Assembly: GCF_038958875.1 (NCBI RefSeq)
Contig: NZ_CP152407.1
Coordinates: 1,890,489 to 1,922,488 of the forward strand
DNA length: 32,000 nt
Source: Acidovorax sp. FHTAMBA
Lineage (GTDB): Bacteria; Pseudomonadota; Gammaproteobacteria; Burkholderiales; Burkholderiaceae_C
Direction: 5' to 3'
The stretch's first letter is position 1; every line of letters begins with the position of its first letter. Positions 25,471 to 32,000 of this stretch are shown in pieces. The notes under the pieces were generated by a model. It saw only the letters and a program-made list of their open reading frames with translations. It was not told the origin of the DNA and searched no databases. Both the position numbers and the translations under genes were made by a program.

Positions 25471-26664
25471 TCAGAAACTGTCGCCGGGAACACGTACCCA
25501 GCCTTCCATCAATACGCGGGCGCTGCGGCTCATCAATGCCTTGGTGACCACCCATTCGCCGTCGACCTTGCTCGCCTCGGCGCCCACGCGAAGCGTTCCC
25601 GAGGGATGGCCGAAGCGCACGGCCTGGCGCTCGCCGCCGCCGGCCGCGAGGTTTACTAGCGTGCCGGGTATGGCGGCAGCTGTGCCGATGGCCACGGCCG
25701 CTGTGCCCATCATGGCGTGGTGCAGCTTGCCCATCGACAGCGCGCGCACCAGTAGGTCGATTTCCGCGGCGGCCACTGCCTTGCCGCTGGACGCCGTGTA
25801 GTCCTTGGGCGGCGAAACGAAGGCCACCTTGGGCGTGTGCTGGCGCCTGCCAGCTTCATCGACGTGATTGATCAAGCCCATCTTCACCGCGCCGTGCGCG
25901 CGGATGGTCTCGAACATGGCCATGGCCTTGGTGTCGCTGTTGATGGCGTCCTGCAGTTCGGTGCCGGTGTAAGCGATGTCGGCGGCGTTGACGAAGATGG
26001 TCGGAATGCCCGCGTTGATCAGCGTGGCGCGCAACGTGCCCACGCCCGGCACGTCGAGGTCTTCGACCACCTTGCCCGTCGGGAACATCGCGCCACCGCC
26101 TTCACCGTCGCCTTCGTCGGCCGGCTCGATGAACTCCAGTGGCACTTCGGCCGCTGGGAATGTCACGCCGTCGAGTTCGAAGGTGCCGGTTTCCTGCACC
26201 TGGCCAGCGGTGATGGGCACGTGCGCGACGATGGTCTTGCTGATGTTGGCCTGCCAGATGCGCACGGTGCACGTGCCGTTTTCCGGAATGCGCGCCGGAT
26301 CGACGAGGCCCTGCGCAATCGCGAACGGCCCGACCGCCGCCGACAGGTTGCCGCAGTTGCCCGACCAGTCGACGAACGCGCTGTCGATGGAGACCTGGCC
26401 GAAGAGGTAGTCGACATCGTGGTCCGGCCGCGTGGAGCGCGACAGGATGACAGCCTTGGATGTGGACGAGGTGGCCGCGCCCATGCCATCGATCTGCTTG
26501 GCGTAGGGATCGGGGCTGCCGATGACGCGCAGCAGCAGCGTGTCGCGCGCGGGACCGGGCTGGCGCGCCGCCGCGGGCAGGTCCTGCAGGCGAAAGAACA
26601 CGCCCTTGCTGGTGCCGCCACGCATGTAGACGGCGGGAATCTTGATCTGGGGAGTGGATGCCAT
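25471..26664 (-). CDS. prpF: 2-methylaconitate cis-trans isomerase (AcnD accessory protein)
   Basis: In-frame ATG at 26664 within the artefactually long ORF 25471..27627. MASTPQIKIPAVYMRGGTSKGVFF is the canonical PrpF N-terminus. It is 397 aa and lies directly downstream of acnD. Confidence 0.9.
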   Translation of the reverse strand: MASTPQIKIPAVYMRGGTSKGVFFRLQDLPAAARQPGPARDTLLLRVIGSPDPYAKQIDGMGAATSSTSKAVILSRSTRPDHDVDYLFGQVSIDSAFVDWSGNCGNLSAAVGPFAIAQGLVDPARIPENGTCTVRIWQANISKTIVAHVPITAGQVQETGTFELDGVTFPAAEVPLEFIEPADEGDGEGGGAMFPTGKVVEDLDVPGVGTLRATLINAGIPTIFVNAADIAYTGTELQDAINSDTKAMAMFETIRAHGAVKMGLINHVDEAGRRQHTPKVAFVSPPKDYTASSGKAVAAAEIDLLVRALSMGKLHHAMMGTAAVAIGTAAAIPGTLVNLAAGGGERQAVRFGHPSGTLRVGAEASKVDGEWVVTKALMSRSARVLMEGWVRVPGDSF

Positions 26665-26687
26665 TGCGATGAGGAGGGTGGTTGTCT

Positions 26688-29327
26688 TCAAGCGGTCGAC
26701 TTGTTGGCGGCCAGGAAGTCTTGCGCAAAACGCTGCAGCACGCCGCCGGCTTCGTAGATCGACACTTCTTCCGCAGTGTCCAGGCGGCAGGTCACCGGCA
26801 CCTGCAAGGTCTCGCCACTGCGGCGGTGAACGACCAACGTCAGGTCGGCGCCCGGCGCGGGTTTGCCGGCGACGTCGAAGGTCTCGGTGCCGTCCAGGAC
26901 CAGGGTGAGGCGCGTGGTACCGGGCTTGAACTCCAGCGGCAGCACGCCCATGCCCAGAAGGTTGGTTCGGTGGATGCGTTCGAAGCCTTCGGCCACCACG
27001 GTTTCCACACCCGCCAGGCGCACGCCTTTGGCAGCCCAGTCGCGAGACGAGCCCTGGCCGTAGTCGGCGCCGGCCACGATGATCAACGGCTGCCTGCGGT
27101 TCAAGTAGGTTTCGATGGCTTCCCACATGCGCACGATTTGCCCCTCGGGTTCGATGCGCGCGAAGGAACCCTTCTTCTGCACGCCGTCGACCACCGCCAT
27201 TTCGTTGACGAGTTGCGGGTTGGCGAAGGTGGCGCGCATGGCCGTCAGGTGATCGCCTCGATGCGTGGCGTAGGAGTTGAAGTCCTCTTCCGGCAGGCCC
27301 ATCTTGTGAAGGTACTCGCCGGCGGCGCTGTCCATGAGGATGGCGTTGGACGGTGAGAGATGGTCCGTCGTGATGTTGTCGGGCAGGATGGCTAGCGGCC
27401 GCATGGCGCGCAGCGTGCGCGGCACGGCCGCCAGTGCTCCCACGCCTTCGCTGTCCCAGTAAGGCGGGCGGCGAATGTAGGTCGACTGCGGCCGCCAGTC
27501 GTACTGCGGACTCACTTTTTCTCCGCTGTCGGCATGAATCGCGAACATGGGTTCGTAGACCTTGCGGAACATCTCGGGCCGCACCGACGCCGCGACGATG
27601 GCGTCGATCTCCGAGTCGCTCGGCCACAGGTCGCGCAAGCGGATTTCCTTGCCGTCAACGACGTCCAGCACGTCGCGCTCGATGTCGAAGCGCATGGTGC
27701 CCGCGATGGCGTAGGCCACCACCAGCGGCGGCGAGGCCAGGAAGGCCTGCTTCGCATAGGGGTGGATGCGGCCGTCGAAGTTGCGGTTGCCAGAGAGCAC
27801 CGCCGTGGCGTAGAGGTCGCGCTCGATGATCTCGTTCTGGATCTTCGGATCCAGCGCGCCGGACATCCCGTTGCAGGTGGTGCACGCGAAGCCTACGATG
27901 CCAAAGCCGAGCTGCTCCAGGTCGTGCAGCAGGTCGGCGTCGCGCAGGTACAGCTCCACCGCCTTGGATCCCGGTGCCAGCGACGACTTGACCCACGGCT
28001 TGCGCTTGAGCCCCAGTCGGTTCGCGTTGCGCGCGAGCAGCGCCGCGGCAATCACGTTGCGGGGGTTCGAGGTGTTGGTGCAGGAGGTGATGGCCGCGAT
28101 GATCACAGCGCCATCGGGCATCAGGCCTGCGGCCTCCTGCTGCCGGACATCGGCCAGGCCCACCGCGATGTTGCGCTCCGCCAGTTGCGATGTCGGCAGC
28201 CGGCGGTGCGGATTGGAAGGGCCGGCCATGCTGCGCACCACGCTCGACAGGTCGAAGCTCAGCACGCGCTCGTAGACCGCCGTCTTCAGCGCATCGCCCC
28301 AGAAGCCGGCCGTTTTCGCATAGGTCTCGACCAACGCGACCTGCGTGTCTTCACGGCCTGTGAGCCGCAGGTAGGTGAGCGTCTGCTCGTCGATGTAGAA
28401 GAGCGCGGCGGTGGCGCCGTACTCTGGACACATGTTGGAGATGGTGGCACGGTCCCCGACCGTCAGGCCCGGCGCGCCTTCGCCGAAGAACTCCAGGTAC
28501 GCACCGACCACTTTTTCCTTGCGCAGGAACTCGGTGAGCGACAGCACGATGTCGGTGGCGGTGATGCCCGGCTGGCGCCGGCCAGTGAGCTCCACGCCGA
28601 TGATGTCGGGTAGCCGCATCCACGAGGCGCGGCCCAGCATCACGTTCTCGGCCTCCAGGCCGCCGACGCCCACCGCGATCACCCCCAGCGCATCGACGTG
28701 GGGCGTATGACTGTCGGTGCCCACGCAGGTGTCGGGGAAGGCCAGGCCGTCCTGCACGTAGACCACCGGCGACATCTTCTCCAGATTGATCTGATGCATG
28801 ATCCCGTTCCCCGCCGGGATCACCTCCATGTTGGCGAAGGCGCGTTTCGTCCACTCGATGAAGTGAAAGCGGTCCTCGTTGCGCCGGTCTTCGATGGCCC
28901 GGTTCTTCTCGAAGGCCTGCGGATCGAACCCGCCGCACTCCACGGCCAGAGAATGGTCGACGATGAGTTGCACCGGCACCACCGGGTTCACCTGCGCCGG
29001 GTCGCCGCCTTCGGCCGCGATGGCGTCGCGCAGGCCGGCCAGGTCCACCAGCGCCGTCTGGCCCAGGATGTCGTGGCACACCACGCGCACGGGAAACCAG
29101 GGAAAGTCGCGATCACGCCGGCGTTCGATGAGTTGCAGCAGGCAGTCGTTCAGGATGGCCGGCTCGCAGCGCCGGACCAGGTTCTCGGCATGCACGCGTG
29201 CGGTATACGGCAGTCGCGCCCAGGCACCGGCCTGCAGCGCGTCGACGGCGGCGCGGGCGTCGATGTAGTCCAGTGCGGTGCCGGACAGCGGTTTGCGAAA
29301 TTCTTCGTGGGGCATGAGCATGTGCAT
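26688..29327 (-). CDS. acnD: Fe/S-dependent 2-methylcitrate dehydratase (aconitase family)
   Basis: In-frame ATG at 29327 (alternatives 29321 and 29315) within ORF 26688..29564. FRKPLSGTALDYIDARAAV...LPYTARVHAENLVRRCEP is the AcnD-type N-terminus. Aconitase Cys-ligand contexts are ITSCTNTSNP and GFACTTCNG. It is 879 aa. Confidence 0.9.
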   Translation of the reverse strand: MHMLMPHEEFRKPLSGTALDYIDARAAVDALQAGAWARLPYTARVHAENLVRRCEPAILNDCLLQLIERRRDRDFPWFPVRVVCHDILGQTALVDLAGLRDAIAAEGGDPAQVNPVVPVQLIVDHSLAVECGGFDPQAFEKNRAIEDRRNEDRFHFIEWTKRAFANMEVIPAGNGIMHQINLEKMSPVVYVQDGLAFPDTCVGTDSHTPHVDALGVIAVGVGGLEAENVMLGRASWMRLPDIIGVELTGRRQPGITATDIVLSLTEFLRKEKVVGAYLEFFGEGAPGLTVGDRATISNMCPEYGATAALFYIDEQTLTYLRLTGREDTQVALVETYAKTAGFWGDALKTAVYERVLSFDLSSVVRSMAGPSNPHRRLPTSQLAERNIAVGLADVRQQEAAGLMPDGAVIIAAITSCTNTSNPRNVIAAALLARNANRLGLKRKPWVKSSLAPGSKAVELYLRDADLLHDLEQLGFGIVGFACTTCNGMSGALDPKIQNEIIERDLYATAVLSGNRNFDGRIHPYAKQAFLASPPLVVAYAIAGTMRFDIERDVLDVVDGKEIRLRDLWPSDSEIDAIVAASVRPEMFRKVYEPMFAIHADSGEKVSPQYDWRPQSTYIRRPPYWDSEGVGALAAVPRTLRAMRPLAILPDNITTDHLSPSNAILMDSAAGEYLHKMGLPEEDFNSYATHRGDHLTAMRATFANPQLVNEMAVVDGVQKKGSFARIEPEGQIVRMWEAIETYLNRRQPLIIVAGADYGQGSSRDWAAKGVRLAGVETVVAEGFERIHRTNLLGMGVLPLEFKPGTTRLTLVLDGTETFDVAGKPAPGADLTLVVHRRSGETLQVPVTCRLDTAEEVSIYEAGGVLQRFAQDFLAANKSTA

Positions 29328-29335
29328 TGGATTGC

Positions 29336-30499
29336 TCAGTGGCGTTCTTCGATCGGCAGGAACTTCAAATCCTCGGGGCCGGTGTAGTTGGCACTGGGGC
29401 GAATGATCTTGTTGTCCACGCGCTGTTCGATCACATGCGCGGCCCAACCGCTGGTGCGCGCGATCACGAACAGCGGTGTGAACATGGCCGTCGGCACGCC
29501 CATCATGTGATAGCTCACCGCGCTGAACCAGTCCAGGTTCGGGAACATCTTCTTGACTTCCCACATGACCGATTCCAGCCGCTCGGCGATGTCGTACATC
29601 TTGGTGGTGCCCGCACCGTCGGACAGGCGCTTTGCCACGCCCTTGATCACCACGTTGCGTGGATCGCTCACCGTATAAACCGGGTGGCCGAAGCCGATCA
29701 CGACCTCCTTCGCCTCGACGCGGCGGCGGATGTCGACCTCGGCCTCGGCCGGGTTGTCATAGCGTTTCTGGATCTCGAAGGCCACCTCGTTCGCACCGCC
29801 ATGCTTGGGGCCGCGCAGTGCACCGATGGCGCCGGCGATCGCCGAGTGCATGTCGCTGCCGGTGCCGGCGATCACACGCGCGGCGAAGGTCGATGCGTTG
29901 AATTCGTGTTCGGCATAGAGGTTCAGCGAGGTGTGCATGGCGCGCTCCCACTCGGCACTGGGCTTCTTGCCGTGCAGCAGATGCAGGAAATGCGCGCCGA
30001 TGGAGTCATCGTCGGTCTCCAGCTCGATGCGCTTGCCCAGCGAAGACCAGTGATACCAATACAGAAGCATGGAGCCCAGTGATGCCATCAACCGATCGGC
30101 AATGTCGCGCGCGCCGGGCGTGCCGTGGTCGTCCTTCTCGGGCAAGGTGCAGCCCAGAGCAGAGACGCCGGTGCGCATCACGTCCATGGGGTGGGCGTTG
30201 GCGGGAATCTGCTCCAGCGCCCGCCTCACGCTGGCCGGCACACCGCGCATGGCCTTCAGCTTGGCCTTGTAGGCGGCGAGTTCGGCGCGCGTCGGCAGCT
30301 TGCCGTGCACCAGCAAGTGGGCGATTTCCTCGAACTCGCAGACCTCGGCGACGTCCAGAATGTCGTACCCACGGTAGTGCAGGTCGTTGCCAGTGCGGCC
30401 CACGGTGCACAGCGCGGTATTGCCGGCGGTGACGCCGGAGAGAGCGACGGACTTCTTGGGTTTGAAGGCAGGTGCAGTGGTTTCGGTCGTGGTGGTCAT
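29336..30499 (-). CDS. prpC: 2-methylcitrate synthase
   Basis: In-frame ATG at 30499 within ORF 29336..30670. It is 387 aa with citrate-synthase blocks: [35 protein letters not shown] and GFGHPVY. Confidence 0.92.
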   Translation of the reverse strand: MTTTTETTAPAFKPKKSVALSGVTAGNTALCTVGRTGNDLHYRGYDILDVAEVCEFEEIAHLLVHGKLPTRAELAAYKAKLKAMRGVPASVRRALEQIPANAHPMDVMRTGVSALGCTLPEKDDHGTPGARDIADRLMASLGSMLLYWYHWSSLGKRIELETDDDSIGAHFLHLLHGKKPSAEWERAMHTSLNLYAEHEFNASTFAARVIAGTGSDMHSAIAGAIGALRGPKHGGANEVAFEIQKRYDNPAEAEVDIRRRVEAKEVVIGFGHPVYTVSDPRNVVIKGVAKRLSDGAGTTKMYDIAERLESVMWEVKKMFPNLDWFSAVSYHMMGVPTAMFTPLFVIARTSGWAAHVIEQRVDNKIIRPSANYTGPEDLKFLPIEERH

Positions 30500-30891
30500 G
30501 CTGTTTCCTTGTCCAGATAAGAGCGATTGATGGGGGCAGGGCGACCGGTGGCATCGACTGCCACCATCTCGAACACGCCCTTGAGGACTTCTTCCGCCGG
30601 GATGCCCGGCTTGTCGGCGATGCCGCTCACACAAACGGTCATCGAGCTGCGGCCGATACGGCTGACCCATCCGCGAAGGGTGAGCTGGTAGCCCACCGCC
30701 ACCGGCGATAGAAAGTCCACGCTGGTCACGCTTGCCATCACGACCTCTTGCTGCGCCAGTCCTCGTGCTGCCAGAAAAGCCGCCTTGGCCATCAACTGCA
30801 GCCCTTGCCCGGCGAACAGCGTGTCGTGGTGATTGGCATGCACCGGCAGCACCAGTTCGCGCAACTCGGCTGTTCCAGTGGGTGTTGTCAT
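30496..30891 (-). CDS. Hotdog-fold acyl-CoA thioesterase (YciA/BFIT-like)
   Basis: In-frame ATG at 30891 within ORF 30496..31368. The 131-aa product has [28 protein letters not shown], which fits the P..N..G.lFGG.lm..mD.aa pattern of acyl-CoA thioester hydrolases. Its stop overlaps the prpC start as ATGA (30496-30499). Confidence 0.7.
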   Translation of the reverse strand: MTTPTGTAELRELVLPVHANHHDTLFAGQGLQLMAKAAFLAARGLAQQEVVMASVTSVDFLSPVAVGYQLTLRGWVSRIGRSSMTVCVSGIADKPGIPAEEVLKGVFEMVAVDATGRPAPINRSYLDKETA

Positions 30892-30892
30892 G

Positions 30893-30985
30893 CTTCGCAA
30901 TTTACGCAGAAAATGCGCTTCACAAAAGGACTGAAAGGGCGAAGACTTGCGAATCAAATTCAGCAAAATTGCAAATCTTGCGAAG
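30893..30985. promoter_or_regulatory. Cluster of TTGCRAA half-sites, candidate ScfR/MccR operators in the divergent prp spacer
   Basis: The sites are CTTCGCAA (30893-30900, the inverted form of TTGCGAAG), CTTGCGAA (30946-30953), ATTGCAAA (30968-30975) and CTTGCGAAG (30977-30985). They resemble the TTTGCAAA-type motif reported for ScfR/RamB regulators, but the spacing differs from the published X4 arrangement. Confidence 0.4.
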
Positions 30986-31011
30986 ATGAGTGAGCTTGGC
31001 CTGTCAACACG

Positions 31012-32000
31012 ATGAAAAAAACGTTCATGGGGGTACGACTGCGCAAGCTGCGCGCCGAGCGCGGGATGTCCCAAACCGCTATGGCCAATGCGCTCGGGCT
31101 TTCCCCCAGCTACCTGAACCAGTTGGAGCAGAACCAGCGGCCACTCACCGTGGCCGTCTTGTTGAAGATCGACCGAGCGCTTGGGATCAACATCCAGGAG
31201 TTTTCGGAGGACGAGGAAGCGCGTCTGATCGCCGGCATGCGTGAAGCCCTGGCCGATGCGACTGAACCGGTATCGCTTCCAGAACTCAAGGAGGTGGCGT
31301 CGCAGATGCCCGCGTTGGGACGCGCGCTGATTGCCCTGCATCGGCGCAGCCTCGAGGTGCAGGAGCATCTCGAGACGATCGCGGTGCGCATGGGCGACGA
31401 CCGTTCGGACATCACTTCAGCACGGGCTATGCCTTTCGAGGCGGTGCGCGACTTCTTCTTTGCGCATCAGAACCACTTCGAAGAAATCGACCGGAACGCC
31501 GAGGCATTGGCCGCTGAAGCCGGTGTGCGCGGCGCACTCTTGGCCGACTGGCTGGTGCAGCGCCTGCTTCAGCGTCATAAGGTGCGCGTGATTCAGCTGT
31601 CCGACGAATTTGGTGGCAAGCGGCAGTACGACCCCGCGCACCGTACGTTGCGCGTGTCGGCGGCACTTGACCCGGCCCAACAGGTTTTTCAGCTCGCGAC
31701 GCAACTGGCACTCATTGAGCAGGCAGGCGCGATCGACTCTCTCGTCTCTGGCCACGCGTTGCTGCACGATGCGCCTTCCAAAAAGTTGGCACGCGTTGGT
31801 CTGGCCAACTACTTCGCTGGCGCGGTGCTGCTGCCGTACGGACAGTTTCTCGGCGAAGCCGAGCGGCTTCGCTACGACATCGATCTGCTGGGAAAACAGT
31901 TCGCCGTCGGCTTCGAGACGGTCTGCCACCGGCTCAGCACCTTGCAGCGTCCGGGCGCCCCGGGCGTCCCGTTCTTTTTCGTTCGGGTCGACCGAGCCGG
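31012..32000 (+). CDS. Short-chain fatty acyl-CoA regulator family (XRE HTH + DUF2083), MccR-like; 3' end beyond window
   Basis: This ORF is not in the track because it is open at the window edge. I translated frame 1 from the ATG at 31012: [53 protein letters not shown]...[31 protein letters not shown]. There is no stop to nt 32000. The XRE HTH and the [21 protein letters not shown] block are typical of ScfR proteins. It is divergent from the prp operon. Confidence 0.8.
   Translation, partial: [329 protein letters not shown]

Noticed and set aside
25471-27627. Very long track ORFs in the prp operon: the 718-aa ORF ending at the prpF stop, the 958-aa ORF for acnD, the 444-aa ORF for prpC, the 290-aa ORF for the thioesterase and the 319-aa ORF for prpB.
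   Set aside because: The N-terminal extensions are Arg/Pro/Gly-rich nonsense that overlaps the upstream gene. In each case an internal ATG gives the canonical family N-terminus and length, so I used the shorter coordinates.
1-32000. I looked for CRISPR arrays, IS or transposase and integrase genes, phage genes, toxin-antitoxin pairs, defence-system ATPases or nucleases, and rRNA or tRNA genes.
   Set aside because: No regularly spaced direct repeats were found, and no translation resembles a transposase, integrase, restriction or defence protein. The only repeats are the four REP-like hairpins and local palindromes reported above.

Overview
High-GC, densely coded chromosomal segment. By inference it is betaproteobacterial and Comamonadaceae/Acidovorax-like. 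All protein calls come from reading motifs in the supplied translations; no searches were run. I support about 30 protein genes and found no rRNA, tRNA, CRISPR array, transposase or integrase by eye.

Left ~20 kb, very GC3-rich:
- 3' part of apbE
- LysR regulator divergent from a SAM methyltransferase
- three consecutive lipobox proteins, the third an alpha/beta hydrolase
- a second alpha/beta hydrolase
- OYE/NemA-like alkene reductase
- GlxA(AraC)-type regulator divergent from a small ABM monooxygenase
- 842-aa Lon-like protease with a non-canonical P-loop
- hemH
- HAD hydrolase
- a translationally coupled DUF2189/DUF2788 membrane pair
- a P2-type cation ATPase
- hpnD-hpnE (squalene/hopanoid precursor genes) with no adjacent hpnC

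Right ~12 kb, visibly less GC-biased, holds two modules:
1. An operon of SsuE-like FMN reductase, DUF1852 protein and short 'core-MetE' methionine synthase, with a divergent MetR-like LysR regulator. This matches the MesX/MesD type of folate-independent, oxygen-requiring methionine synthesis. Its methyl donor and chemistry are unresolved, and it is the most interesting system in the window.
2. An AcnD/PrpF-type methylcitrate operon in the order hotdog thioesterase-prpC-acnD-prpF-prpB, with a divergent ScfR/MccR-type (XRE + DUF2083) regulator running off the right edge.

Non-coding structure:
- a four-copy REP-like hairpin repeat family in low-GC intergenic spacers
- a ~96-nt nested inverted repeat at 3955-4050
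- an AT-rich 370-bp spacer with two hairpins
- candidate operators for the ScfR-type and MetR-like regulators

Many long ORFs in the track are antisense or upstream-extension artefacts of high GC content and are rejected.
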